A stretch of 64,000 nucleotides of DNA from Carcharhinus amblyrhynchos. Its lineage: Eukaryota. Of the stretch, positions 46,664 through 61,094 are shown piece by piece. A program made the position numbers and the translations under genes. The stretch is taken from NCBI GenBank assembly GCA_965287045.1, contig OZ336876.1, positions 51,088,001-51,152,000 of the forward strand, written 5' to 3'. Position 1 is the first letter of the stretch. Each line of letters opens with the position of its first letter. Below the pieces are notes generated by a model. It had not been told where the DNA came from. It made no database searches and saw only the letters and a list, made by a program, of their open reading frames with translations.

Positions 46664-47734
46664 ACGTCACAAAGGTCCAGCTTTTGAGTTGGGTGATTTG
46701 TCTCAATGCCTATATCAACCTACAGTCAGCTTGACTGTCAACAGTTCTGTATGAAATGACACCAAATTTAGATTTTAATCTCAAGAACAAGCAAATGTTC
46801 CACAATGTTGCTCATAACAAGTTTGAGGGATATATTATTTAGCAAAGACAGAAGGATGATATGGTATAATGAAGAAGGTATTTTTGTGGCTGTTGTTGCT
46901 AAGGGAATGTTGATTACAAAAAAAAGGTTGTGAAGAGTAATATTATACCAGAATTGAAACAAATTTAAATAATTAGAAAATGTGATGAAATTCTACATTG
47001 GAAAAATTGTTTCATGTTACACTCTGAATCATTTGGTCATTTTTTTCCACAGAAAGTTTGAGAAAGGATCACACTGCTTGCATTGCAATCAACAGCTACT
47101 GGTTAGTCGCAGACATCACAATCTCTGCCTGTTTTTGGCAGATGTGCAATTTAGCTCTGCAAGTATGCAAATTAGAATACAATATCTGAAATGATGGGTA
47201 GATAAGGTACTAATAAGCTCACTTTGGTTTCCCTGTGAATTGTAGGTAACGAGATATTCATCATCTTTTCTAGATAATTAATAAATGATTCAAAAGCAGT
47301 GTGTTGGAAGATCATGGATCCCAGATGCTTTAACACAGTAAAAAGTCTGACAACACCAGGTTTGATAACCCTTCCCTTTCTAGCTGAGAGCATCAAGAGG
47401 TAAAAGATAGACACAGAATGTCAGAATTTAGATTTGGATGCTATGAGGCAGTTAGGTAATAATGGTTATGAGAAGGTTGAACTGCAGAAGAGAATAGTGA
47501 GAAATTATTTTATTTCAACTACGTAAGATGACTCAGTCTCATACGGAAGCATGATAAAGGAAGCATTATGTTATTGCATGAAGGTAAGTTTAGTGAATTC
47601 AGCCCATTCTACCTGTTCTTCTAAATATTCAGACTAAAATCAAGTGAGATATTGATTCATATCAATCCCAATTTCACCAAGTGTTTGCTTACTCTGTCTT
47701 CAGGGAAACTGAAGAAAGACATGAGAAGAAAAAT

Positions 47735-47835
47735 CTCGAATGAAGTCACATGAACTTGAAACGTTGACTCTATTTCTCTTGCCACAGATGCTGCCAGACC
47801 TGCCAGTTTTGCCAGCATTTTCCGGTTTTATTTTA
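47735..47835 (+). repeat. Penelope-derived terminal repeat fragment (related remnants ~49640-49760)
   Basis: gaaacgttgactctatttctcttgccacagatgctgccagacctg...cagcatttt, a common shark repeat end. Confidence 0.5.
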
Positions 47836-50800
47836 TATTCAAAAAAGACAAGTATTGTACAGTCAGTTCACATGACAGAGAGTCATCAACATATTACACG
47901 CCCAGGTCACTTTATCACTTATGCAGACATAGACAGTGAGAATCAATTCCCAGAGTCCTCAAAGACTAAAACTGAGCAGGATGTGAAATTACCATCTGCT
48001 GAACCCTTCTTTATCACAATAAGTAGTTTATGTCAGAATTGTACCATATTCTTTCAGTTCAAGAGTTAATACTATGTATCTGTGGCTATGATTCATGTTA
48101 GTGCCAGCTTTCTGGACCATTAACTGAAAAGCAATAAAAGGAAAGGATCGTTCAAATGAGCAGTCCTATACCCGAGGAGGAGGGTAAGGGAATGTCATGC
48201 CGAGAAAACAAGAAAGAAAAAATGAACACATTAATATGGCTACTTTATCAAATTATTTTTAACAAATACAATGGGCAAAGGCTTTAAATTGACTAAAGCC
48301 ATGACTGTCCACGATTCACACAAAAGGAATTTCTAACCTTCAGAAAACCACAACAAAACATGCATTAATGTCTCCCGAAACTGCAAAAATCAAATTGCAA
48401 GAAAATACACTAAGGCCCTTTACATTTCTGAGGCAAAATCCTTGCCAACAGAGTCTGTCTGCAAAGAAACTCCTGTAAAAGTTTTAATGGATGTAACATT
48501 TAACCTTCTCAAGAATCCAGGCCAGAAACATGCATCCTTTGTCTAAACCAAGGGGAAGTAGTGGGGGCTATGTAACATGATCCTGCCCTCCCCACCAAGC
48601 TGATAAAGCCTGTAATATTGCTCAGTGAAGCTAAAAGAGGCAGTCTGCCATCTTCCATCAACAAAACAGCAGCAGAAACAGAGGTCTGTTCATGTGTAAA
48701 TTGCCTGGTTCTCATCCACGTGGAATGTCTGAACTTCTGTTCCAGTGTCTACTACGAGACTAATTCATCTCTGTATGCTTCTCCCAACATGGAAGTCAGC
48801 ATTACTGAAAATATGGATGACCCTGCACCAGCTTCAGCCTGCTAACCTCTCAAGGAATAAACCACTGGACTTTTGATTCTGGGCTCAGGTTAAACAATAA
48901 TTATTATTTAGTCTGTGACCTTTGCAGTGTACATCTTTCTTTTCATTATCCCTCTTTATTTGTATGAATGCAAAAAAGGTGGGAAGCGGGGAGGGAGGTT
49001 GCAAACCCTCTTCCTGTGTGTTGAGTGCATGGAAAATAAACTGACCCTTCATTTTACCCTTTCTGGAGTTTGCTTTCCAGTGTCACCAGGAGTAGCGCCC
49101 AACACTAGTATGCAGGAGACCCATGTTGCAAGATTGTTGCTGGAGCTTGGTGTTAAGCTAAGTAAAGCCAGTTTGCCGGGACAGGTCGTGGAGGCCCCAG
49201 TGAGCAAGGGATTCCTCATTGTAAGGGCAAGCAGAGGTCTTTATCTGTGGACAGCCTTTGCCTTCAGCGGGTTTCTCCATTGGCTGTCCAAGTGGGAGGG
49301 ACCCTCTCCACCAGGCTGCACACATTGCCACATGGAAGCCTTTGCTTGCCAGTGGGAGAAAATCGACAGTAGTGGGATGAGACTTTTCATAGTCCTTAAA
49401 GTGGCTTCCATGGCCTCTGAACAGGAAGGACATTTTCAACGCCCCCCACCCTAAACCTAATTGGAAAGAGGGCTAAGTGATGGGGGATTCCACCTTGTGC
49501 CCTGCCATCTGATTATATGGGTGCTCCATCTTCTATGGATGTCCAGTGGGTTTTGGTGTGAGGGCAGGGGGTGAGGGAAAGGACAGGGGTGGGGGAGATT
49601 GACTTGAAATGCTGGGCAGAAATTAATCATTGATCTATCATCAGAGCTGGCAAAGGGTCATTGAGCTGCAATATTACCTCTCTCTCTCTCTCTCTCAGAT
49701 GCAGTCAGGCCCGCTGAATATTTCCTGCGTTTTCTATACTCAGATTTCCAGCAACATTTTGCTGTCATTTTAACATGGAATAGGTGGCTACAAATTTAAC
49801 AGGTGGAAGGGAATGAGGTAGAATGGAATGGGATGGAAGGGTTGGGGTGGGACTTCAGAGTGGGAAGTCAACAGCTTCATGCCCTAAAATTAATGGCTGG
49901 CAGTGAGGAGTGGGCAATTAAAAAAAAATTGCTGGAGGATCAAGGAGTCCATGTTATGAGCGTCATGCAACTCATCAGTCAGCCAGATTGAAGTTTAACT
50001 GAGTAGTAATTGGAGTACTGCTATACTATCACTGAACTTGCATATTCAGCTCCTAGCTAGTCAGTACTGCATTAAAAGGATTAAGAAAACGGATACAAAC
50101 AGAAACATGACAGAATCGGGTGATATAGTATGACAGACGAAAGTGCTACAGGTAGTATCACACCAAAAAGGAATTGCATGCACATGCAAGGCTTTAAATA
50201 CATTGCTCCTGAATCTCTCATGCCCTGGATCATGGTTAGGAAAAGAAAGTGGCAGGTCCCTCAGCTATGTTTGTTCTATCAGGTAGAAAGACAGTGCAGC
50301 AACCCCATCTGAGCCAAGTAAAGAAAGGCATTCTTGCAGTGTTGTCTGTCATTGATTGCAGTGCCACATTTACAGCCAGAACAAGAGGCATTACTGCTTC
50401 AGTATTATTGAAGGACATAACAGGGTTACCTATTGAAGGAATTTGTTTATATGTTCGGATATCTTTGTACAAGCATGTGTCCTGCACATTGTTTTTTTAA
50501 ACCGGCAAACGTCATTGAGGATATTTCTCAGAATTAGTTACCTCGAGGAAATCTTCTTAATCTATACTTGCTAAAAAAATGAGCAACATCCATGAATATA
50601 CAAATTCTGTCAAACAACATTCAATTAACATGGCTGGGAATATACTCGACTCGAAAAGGACATTATGCGATCTATTTAGCTGCTTATTGCTATATCAGCC
50701 TGCGACTGGAGAAAAAAAGCATAGACAGCAGCACTTTACCAGTAAACCACAGGATACATCTTTGCAATTCATTGCTGAATAATCATGCCATTAACAGCAG

Positions 50801-51554
50801 AGAAATAATGCGTAGGTGCAGCCCATAATTATAGCATTACATCTATGTCCTAGCAAACCAGACAGTGATGAGTATGTTACCAAGACTGAGTGATGTTAAA
50901 AATTTACAAATGTGGCAAGCTACAAAACAACCTGCATTTCACAAATCCTTACAGGGCAGAAGGAAGTCAGTCAACTCATCAAATCTACACTGGTTCTCTG
51001 AAACCTAATCACACTCCCTTATCCTCATAATCTTGCATTTTTTTTCAGATAGCAATCTTTTTGAATCAAACCAGCCTTCACCTGCCTTTCAGGACGCTAA
51101 CCACCCTCTGGGAGAAAATCTTTTTCCTCACATCACTCCTACTCCTTTTGCCTGTTATTTTGAACCTATTGTGTCCTTAAAGTAGGACACAAGCAGCCCT
51201 GATATTCTGAAGCTCAGACTCAATGGTAATACTCCTAGTTGAACGGAGGCCAATGATTTGCTACAGGAAATAGTGAATCTCAAAAGCAAATTGAAGGGGA
51301 TGGTCAGTGCAAGGAGAGTTTCTTTTTCAGTTTTGACAAGATGATTCAAAACCAACTACTTGGATAACCAGATTTTTCCAATCTGACTACCTGTTACAAG
51401 ATGTAACAGCAAGGGCACCTAATTGGAATCCCAGGTTAGTCTGTAATGCAATGTACTCATGTGCATAGCACAAAAGTGGCAGTTCAAGAGTTTCTGGACA
51501 CTGATTTACCAATATAAAGTGAATCATCCAGGTAGGAGCAGATTTGTGCCCAAG

Positions 51555-52262
51555 AAATAGAAGCAGGAGTAGGCCACTAGGCCCTTCAAGCTTGCCCCGC
51601 CATTCAATGCAGTCATGGCTGACTGATGTAGGCCTCAACTCCTTCTCTGTGCCATTTCCCCATTGTCCTCTATTCCTCAATCAATCAAATATTTTTCCAC
51701 CTCCACTTTAAGTACTTCTAATGATTCAGCCTCCACCATTCTTTGGGGCAGAGAATTCTGATGAATCACCACCCTTTGCAAAAAGAAATTTCTACACGCT
51801 TCAGTTTTGAATAACCGAGCCTTTATCTTGTAGCAATGTCCTCTTGTTCAAGACTCTCCCATGAGTGAAAATATCTCACCATCTCCCTGTCAAGCCTCTT
51901 CAGGATCTTACATGTTTAAATAAAGTCATTCCTCACTCTTCTAAACTCTAAGGAATATAGACTCAGGCTATTCAATCCTTTTGATAGGACAACCCTCTCA
52001 TTCCAAAAATTAGCCTGGTGAATCTCCTTTGGATTGCCTCCAACGTTACTCTATCCTTGTTAAGGCAAGGGGACCAAAACTGTATACAGTATTCCGGTGA
52101 AACCTCACCAATGCCTTGTGCAATTGCAACAAAACTTCCCTAGTTCTAAACTCCAACCCTTTTGCAAGAAAGGCCAAAATGTCGTTTGCCTTCTTAACTA
52201 CTTGTTGGACCCGCTTGCTAGTTTTTTGTGAATCATGCACTAGAACACCAAGATCCCTCTGT
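51555..52262 (-). mobile_element. CR1 LINE 3' portion
   Basis: ORF 52046..52282 reads QRDLGVLVHDSQKTSKRVQQVVKKANDILAF...LEFRTREVLLQLHKALVR; tail cctactcctgcttctatttct. Confidence 0.85.
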
Positions 52263-52269
52263 ACAGGAG

Positions 52270-54110
52270 ATGGAGGCCACATTTTGGGATGGGTGGGGGG
52301 AGAGCGAGGAGGCCCTCAAAGAATATCCTCCAAAGGAAGTGGGACTGGTGGCTATGGAGATTGATTCTTGGAATCTGGCCTCAAGGACCTGGCAGCAGTG
52401 CCACAAAGCACACATGAATGCATCTGACATGACATCTCCTAACTTTCATATCAACAACCTCTAACGTCGCTCCATACATCATACCCCATCGCTCAGTCAC
52501 TAGCAGCTGCTAACACTCATGACACACCTAACATTGATATACTTCCCACCTTATCTTCTTAGAGCTTTGACTGATCCCAGCTTCATATATATCTCTCACC
52601 ATTTCCAGTTATTCAATTATGCCAGGAACATCATTTAAACAGCCACTGATATTCCACTCTCTCTCGGTCTCGAAGGACGAGGTATATTCTTCCACTGAGT
52701 CCAATGGAGATGATGATATCTTGAATCATGTGGTTGGCTCAGATAGAGCTTATATCATTCACTGTGACACTGGACATTGATGACAATAGTATTTTACTGC
52801 GTTATGGCCCTTCCCAACTCTCATCTCATCCTCACACAATGTCCAAACTGCAAGAGGTGTAACCGTGGGTCACTTGCTTTACATCCCAACGCTCCTGTCA
52901 CTGTCAGGGAGAGTGGAAGAGCCTGTCTCCAATATGGCACAAGGTATCGCACAGACCTCGATGCCCATCCTTTCCACCTTGGAAATGTTGGTCAATTCCA
53001 CTAGCAGACCCAGTCATGATGCAGTGTTGTTGTGTGACTGCTGTCTCCTGTCTCAGCATCTACTGCACCATAGGCAGAAGTCACCCAATGTCTCAGTGTG
53101 CAGTGAAAGTACACACTCAAGTTAGGAGATCTATACTTGCTGCGTTGCAGGCTCAGCAGATGTCATCATGGGTGCAGACCTCAGTGCTCAAAGTGGCTGT
53201 AGGCCCTTGTGGCAGTCAAGCAATCTGTACACTAACATATTACTTGGATGCTGAGGTGTGTCTCTAAGGATGGGGCAGTGTACCATGAATCTGCTGTCCT
53301 CTCTAAAGGTTAGACCATTTGTGTTCCCACCACTGTTACTCTGCTATTGCCCCTTCCGGTAAGCCAACTCAGATTGCTGTTGCCCATGTTGAGGTCTTAC
53401 AATCCAAAGCCAGGCCCTCAAGGCCTAGGGTTGCTCAAGGTTGGTCTTGTAAGGCCTTCTGCGGCCTCCCTCATACAAAGTCAGTAGCTTTCCACAAATT
53501 ATGCTATGGCCACTGGCACAGTATGGCAAAGATGCACGAGATAATTCACTTCTGTTTGTACAATTGGATCCATTTTTGAATAGGATGTTAATAATATTTT
53601 TGTGGCTGTTCTTTATTGCTGGATGGTAGCCAATGGGTTGTTGTGATGGAATGTTTCAAAAGGATGTAAAGGTGGGAAATGATAGATCTAAGCTTGTCAA
53701 GCGAAGCAGTTTTATTGAAAGCAGAGTCGAACAAAGTGCTCTGCAACACTCTCTCCACAGTAAGGGGATCCATGGTGCATACTTCCTGCCTCTTTCTCCT
53801 CCTACACTGAGGTGGCCTCTGGACTCTGAGAGACAATGCCTGTGCTCTGTTGGTGACAAAATTTTATGGATGGCGATTACAAGCTTTGAAACCCAATTTG
53901 CCCCACCCCACTCATCAGAGTGGATAAGATGGTGGAATCATTAAACAGGTCAGATGTCTGCTTCACAATACTTCTTGGTTGTCATCCTTTTCCCGCTGTC
54001 CTCGTATAATCGAGTGACAGAGGGGTTTATCAGCGAATTTCTGAAAGTCATGTCAAATCAGCTGCTGGAATGAGTGATCTCATGAGAGAATTACGCCTGA
54101 CCTTCTAACA
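52270..54110 (+). mobile_element. Decayed Harbinger-like element (Myb/SANT remnant)
   Basis: AMEIDSWNLASRTWQQCHK in ORF 52228..52464 resembles the Myb/SANT RTWxQC motif. Extent approximate. Confidence 0.45.
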
Positions 54111-55115
54111 CATGCATATCACACAGCATTGGGTGCTGTTCAAGCTATGGCATAAATGGTCAGTGTGCAGCTGAAACCATCTTCCTGTTTTGGCGTTTTG
54201 ACATATAGGACTGGCACCAGCAGCACAGCAGAGCCCTCGTCCACGTCTTTTCTGTACTTTGTTAAATTAAAATTTCCAGCATCTGCAGTATTTTATTTCT
54301 TTTCTGCTAGGTTGCAAAAGATTAAAGTTTATTCATCAAAGAAGTTGCAAGGATGCCACTATAATTTTGCTTTAAAAACTTGTTTCTGCTTCACAATCTG
54401 AATGTTGAAAACCCTCCTCCAAAACTTAAACATGGCTTGGTAAATTTGAAACTAATTTCTTAAAATGCTATTTCAGGGTGATACTAGCAGAGATGAAATA
54501 ATTCAATAGAATTGTAGACATAATTCAATGTTCCTATTATGCATTTAACAACAAGTGTTGTGTGCATTGTTCTGTTTCTCTTCCCGCACCTCGTGGTGCA
54601 CAGGGCAGACTTTCATCTGTTCTCACAGTGAGGTGTTTCCTGAAACAGGTTGCTCTGCGTCAAGCATGGCTGACCAAGAGACTGTCCCATTCTCACTGCC
54701 AGCCATTGGCACGTTGGAAAGATTTTGCAGGTTGATCCTCAATCTGTTCGGCTGTATTATGAACACACCTTCCTTGGCCATCAAGTCCTCAAACCTGGAG
54801 CTTCTGGCTCACAGGCAGGGATGTCACCCACGGTAGCCCTCTTCTGTGTGCATTAGAGATCTTTAAATAAATTCTGTGCGCCCTCTCACGTCAAACCACC
54901 ATTTACAGTTCTGAGCTGAATCATAATGAGCACTGGGAAGGTGAGGTAAGGCAAGGCACAGCACATTAGAACTGTATCTTAACGTTGGTTTCACACCCCA
55001 CTAAGTTTTACATCCCACTGAAATGCGTTCATAATATTTTTAAAATTATTTTGAAAGAAAAAATATGAAGAAACAACATTCAATTCATTACTTTAAAGGT
55101 ACAGGAAAAACACAT

Positions 55116-55724
55116 GGGGCAGAATTTTACACTTCCCTGTCAATGGATTAGAAGGTTGGGGTGGGGAGTGAGAATAAACTTTCTTGAGTGGGCTTCCCGC
55201 CAGACTTCCAGCCTTCTCTTACACCAGTTGAGGCCTCGGGTGACCAATTATTAACCACTTAAGGGCCATTCTCTGCTCTGACTTAACTCTCAGGTTGGCA
55301 GTAAGTGTTCTGGGGTATGGACGAAGCCTGAAAATCACCAGGTTCAGGTTTCAAGCAGGAAGCAGGGTGAGTGGGTCGCCTCCATCAGCAGGTCTCTCTT
55401 TACATCCCATCCTACCTCTGAAGGTCCAATCACCACTAAACCTTTCTTTCTGCCCTAGTCCCTCTGCCACCACCCCAGTCCCCCTCTGCCCAAACTCACA
55501 GGCCTCTCCTACCCTCCCTGTTCCTGACAGTTTGGCTCTGGGGACTAGCAGGCAGTCCCAGTCCGATTCACTGCAACGTCTGTCACTGCACGAGCTAGAG
55601 TTCTGCTGACCAATCTGATTGGCTGGGACATCCCACCCCAGTGATGGGTGGGGATTGGGGGATGTGTTGCTTGCCAACTCTTTGGATGGCAGGATGGGAA
55701 ATCCTTAATCGTAAAAATTCTAGC
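55116..55724. mobile_element. Harbinger-type MITE
   Basis: Terminal inverted repeats gggcagaattttac / gtaaaaattctagc around a GC-rich body. Confidence 0.65.
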
Positions 55725-56579
55725 AATGAATAATCATGAACATTATTCGTCTGTTGCAAACTGAATTGTTTTTGTATCCTGTTACTTGAAATAAATACTT
55801 CCTTCTTTCACTACCTCAAAGCATGCATCCCCACAGAGACCAGTCAATCATCGCCCAAATAACGGTCAATAACAGTTGGACAAATTACTGGATTGCTTGA
55901 GCCCATCACTGCATCCACATGGGGAATTGCTGCATTTCCTTTTGGAATCTTACCATACTAATCCAATGAACAGAAAAACTTGTTTTATTGTTAGGAATTC
56001 ACACAGTCAAGTTCCATGACTTGAACGAAGGAGTCCCATCCCAATGTTGCCACATATTTAGCATTTCAGAAAGAAAAAAGTTGCTTTAACAACTACTTAC
56101 CTTCCACACAGCTCTCTAAGATTAAAAGAATAAAACTGGTTTTCATTCTGGTTTATACCTGATATACGATGCACGGATGGGAGGTTGAGAAGATTTTGGA
56201 GAAAACGGATATTACAATGGGCTAAACATGCAACTTAAAATACATTTTGAAACATATGACACATTTTTCTATATAACAGCATTTCACTGGGTTTTATATC
56301 ACATGTTATTTTGGAAACTTTTGAAATATTTGTCTTTATGTGATTAAAATGGTATCTTACAAGTGATACAAGTACATCACACATTGGTTGGATCTAGGAA
56401 GATACTCATCTCATTGCCAGCTATGACAAATACTACTTAATGTATAAAAGAGTTGCCAAAAAAATTCAATATTTAAGTTGACAACTGCTGTGTGCTTCTT
56501 CTTTTCGGTACAGGAATTCCACTTGGGTGTTTTAATCGCATTATCATTTTGTCTTTGCTAATTGATTTAAGCCACTCAC

Positions 56580-56676
56580 CTTCTGACAGCCGTTCCTTCC
56601 ATCCCTGGGCTGCAGAAGTAAAGAATTCATTATTCAGTGCTGAGGTGCTCAAACGCATCAAACCATCTGTACCCAC
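56580..56676 (-). CDS. ASXL2: ASXL2 coding exon (97 nt; [32 protein letters not shown]), DEUBAD domain with the NEF motif
   Basis: Acceptor ttttcttgtag|GTG, donor G|gtgagt; phase 1 out matches the 106-nt exon. Confidence 0.96.
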
Positions 56677-56782
56677 CTACAAGAAAAATTAAAACACATT
56701 ATTGGGACAAAAGTATCACTGAGGCAGCCACATGCACATTATGGAAGAGCAGCCTTGGTGTCCAACTGCTGCATTTACCCAG

Positions 56783-57125
56783 TAAGAAGTCTCACAACAC
56801 CAGCTTATAGTCCAACAGGTTTATTTGGTAGCACAAGCTTTCAGAGCACTGCTCCTTCATCAGGTGAGTGGGAGTTTTGTTCACAAACAGGGCATATATC
56901 GACACAAACTCAATTTACAAAATAATGGTTGGAATGCGAGTCTGTACAGGTAATCAAGTCTTAAAGGTACAGACAATGTGAGTGGAGAGAGAGTTAAGTA
57001 CAGATTAAAGAGATGTGTATTGTCTCCAACCAGGAAAGTTAGTGAGATTTTGCAAGCCCAGGCAAGTCGTGGGGGTTACAGATAGTGTGACGTGAACCCA
57101 AGTTTCTGATTAAGGCCATCCACAT
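56783..57125 (-). mobile_element. Penelope-like retroelement terminal fragment
   Basis: Minus strand cacctgatgaaggagcagtgctctgaaagcttgtgctaccaaataaacctgttggactataa. Flanked by direct repeats gcatttacccag (56771-56782; 57150-57161, partial copy at 57131). Closely similar to 63510-64000. Confidence 0.75.
56832..56866 (-). ncRNA. Minimal hammerhead-ribozyme-like motif in the Penelope end
   Basis: CAC-CUGAUGA-A-GGAGC-agu-GCUCU-GAAA-GC-UU-GUG: both catalytic core boxes, stem II, short stem I (CAC/GUG) and a palindromic AAGCUU in place of stem III. Confidence 0.55.
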
Positions 57126-59514
57126 CATCTCATTTACCCAGCCTCCCTTGCATTTACCCAGAACAGATACAAAATTAAAATCACAGGAGGTGAACATTGA
57201 CTTTGGTGGCAACATAAAACAGCCAAAAGCGAAAGCCCCGCCAATTTCATACTCCATCTGACTTTATATTTTCCATTGACTTCAAAGGGAAAGAAAATGG
57301 ACATGGTGTAAAACATACTGTTGGTTAAATATTGCTCAAGTTAATGTTTCCTTTCAATTTTTATTTTCAAACCATAAATGGTGTTTTCTGAAAATCAGGC
57401 TCCTCCACCATTACCAGATGTGAAATTGTGCAGCATTTAACCTACTCGGCCAATAGACATCTCAGATATTTACTGCAAACGTTCAATGACTTTGGTGTAG
57501 CTGGCCAGGACACTGAGAATCAAGCCCATAAAGTCCTTTGCCAAACAGAAGAAGAACAATTGTCCAATTTCATGGGCAGTGGCCATAAAACACATCAAAT
57601 AAAATGCTGGATTAAACTGATAGTTAAGCATTCCTGATGATGACCTCAAACTGACATTGGGGCCTTTGCATATGTTAAAGACATCAGAAACTAGGCAATG
57701 AATGCAAAGGGCATGCTCCACTCACTTTTTCTGGTTCCATCTGCTAACAATATGGCAGTAATGGGACAGCAGATGGCCATCAACAGGAAGATAATTATTT
57801 TATTTTAAGCTGAGCTAAATGTGGACCTAAGAGGAGCTGGATTCTTCCTTCCATCCCTACTACACTGCTGTTGGTTCCTGCTGACCCATGATCAGCCCCT
57901 CCTTTCCTCAGACTGAACAGCCAGCCCACAAATGGTTTCGGAGAATCTTGCATGCTGCCTCATGAAACCTGTAAGGCATATTCAGCTCATTGGAATAATT
58001 CAGATAAAGCCCAGGCCCACTGTGATTGCTTTGGAACTGGGAGCTCTTAACTTCAGAACTTACTGAATTTTATTGGCAAGTTTCCTCACAGTTGTTGGTG
58101 TTTATTCTGTGGGTATGGTTGGTGAATCTCTGGAAAAGTTAACAATTAGGTCAGGGATCCTTTGACAGAGCACAGCACTTGAAAAATCTGACAGATCCAC
58201 TGTGTTTGCATGCATTTTTTTCAATTTCGTTTCTGCTGCATCCATTACAAATTTTCCTTTCTTTGTTTCTTTATTTCTCATGCTTTTGATGAACATGGAT
58301 CTCTTGTGCCTTCTTGGTCCAAAATATTTACACTCTTTTATCCATTTATAAATCTCCATTATCTCAACAATTTTCTTTATTACATAAAACTTCTCTATTA
58401 GCAGTTTACAGTCCATCCAAAAGGTTAATTTACTCTGTGGTGAGTGAATCTGTTAGCTCTGGTCCCTCATCATCTTCCTATCACTTTTCTCTCTCTTTCT
58501 GCAACCACCTTATTAAAATGATGGGTCCTAGTCATATCCCTCTTAATAGGTACCAACTCAAAATATCATTTTTCCCTTTATAGATATTGATAACTTGATT
58601 TGTATTTTCAGCAGTTTCTGGTATAAAGTTGCCTCTTTAGTCCAAAGCTATAATGTCTTGACTCATGCCCCAACAAATATAGTAGAAGTTTTCAAATATG
58701 ACAATGCTCCCCAAATTTGCATTTGTCTTGTTTATACTGCAGTTCAGATCTGGAGGCAAAGGCAACAGTGGATGAGCAAATTTGTATGAGTTCTCTTGCT
58801 ACTTTAACTTTGGAGACAGAAATTAAATCATCTCATAAAATGGTGTTCTGTGCTTCTGAAGCTATTTACCCTGACTCCTTCATCCTACTGGGCTGCATCT
58901 GGGGGCAGCACTGTTCTCCAAATATAATGACTTCAATAAGATTGCATTCTGATGATTTGAGGTCAGAGCTGTCCTCAATGCAGTTTGCAGAGTTATTACT
59001 GCTGCCTCAAACACAACTAAAGTTGATCTGTACCTGCTTGGTGGTGTTGTTCAATCTGCCATACATGACAAGTTTCATCAAATGTAGAATTAACAATGTA
59101 GATATGTAAGCCTTGTCAGCCACTCCTGCAGAAAGAAACAGCTGCAAAGAGGCTCAAATCGAGGAAAAGCTTCTTGCTGCATGTTGCTGATTGGTCAGTA
59201 TATCTAACATCTCAGAGGAATCCTTTCAACCAGGGACCAGCCAAACACGACCTACTTTGCAGTGTTCTGCTCATATAAGGATTATGTTGGCCTCTGCAAA
59301 GCCCTTATGCAGAAGTGGGGATAGAGCCAAACAAATTCTGTTGACTGTGACTGTGGAGAGGCATCTCAAGCAATGAAACACCTCCAAGAATGCCCTCTAC
59401 TATCACAGCCTTGAAGATCTGAAGGTCGAGACAGAACCAGCAGGAATAGTGGCGAGGGAAGTTGTAGCAACATTACAGTAGCAGAGGACAAATCAGTTGC
59501 TCATGTGTGTTCTA

Positions 59515-59739
<225 letters not shown>

Positions 59740-61094
59740 TTAAACACAGAAGGAAAATTTATTTCTTACTGTAACTACCTCAGAGCTGTAAGTTAAGAGA
59801 ATTCTCAATTCCTTTCCACTCAATGAAATAAATGAGCTTAGAATTTCAGGAAACCAGTTTAAAGCTTTTAATATCTGAATGCTAGTTTAAGTCAGTGGCC
59901 TGATGTTATGAATTCCTTCTACCTGTGGGCAACCACATTTGTTGTGATTTTATGGCCATCAGCCAGACAAGGCAGTGGGCAATTGTCATATCTCTGTACC
60001 AACTATGTACTAACTATTAATAATTCATTATACATATATATTAAAAATTTCAATATTGTTGGTTGACTGCTATTCCAATTGATTTTTCAACAGTCACATA
60101 TGAAGATTTAACCCAGCAGAATATAACCTAGTATCCCAAATTTTCCAAAATTATAGTAACACAGAAATTGACATTCGATTCTCCTGTTTTCACACACTCT
60201 GCAATTATCCTTTTGAGTACACAACAGATCAACAGTGAATTCAGTGAAACAGAAAATTCTAAGAATAGTACAGAATAGATTTTACCTACAGCGCTAAGCA
60301 CTCACGTTCAACAACTGTGCATTTCATTCTTTCTCTGGCTTCAGGAACCTCTTAAAAACAAATGACTGTGTTTATCATCTCCCCTTTACCTTCTGTTCAG
60401 AATCTGCCGCATAACCTTTGTAAAACTCTGCAACCTCCCTCTAGGCAATGTAAATATAACTGATACTTTTTCAAATCAATATTTTAAGATCAAAATACAT
60501 TAATTAAAACCATTCTTCAGAGGCCAAGTTAATCTTTATCAATGCTATGAAACTGCATGATTAGAAATGTAACTATTCTTGGACTTCTTGTTGCAGTCAG
60601 CAAAGGAAGAAATCAGAATCTTTGTGAGACATCACAAATGTTTAGTTCATAATGTGTTTTTTAAAAATGCATTCATGATATATGGGCATTGCTGGCAAAG
60701 CTAGCAATATTGCCCACTCCTAGTTACCCTTCAGAGTACCATTGTGCTCATGTTCCAATGAATGCCCCCATCTCAATAAACTTAAACTCAATTTATCCAG
60801 TTAACAACTATTAATGGAATATTATTTTCCAACATGTGACTAGTTGCTTTTTTTTTAAAATAGTTTTCAAGACCTTGCACATCATTTATTTAGTATTTAT
60901 TTGTTGAATGTACTTAATAGATAGAAGTCAAGCATTCCTATTTGACTGGCCTGTTTCAGAACTACTGCAAGTTATCTTCTTTCTCAAGGGTCCAAGTTTC
61001 AATACATCATCAGCAATGACTTTCCTTTTGAATAAGTTCCTACAATGACCAAACAGTCTTATCATGCTAACAGCTATTATTAAATACAGAAGTA

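Noticed and set aside
58102-58416. 104 aa lysine-rich minus-strand ORF in an intron
   Set aside because: No recognisable motif or convincing splice sites; likely an old repeat or chance.
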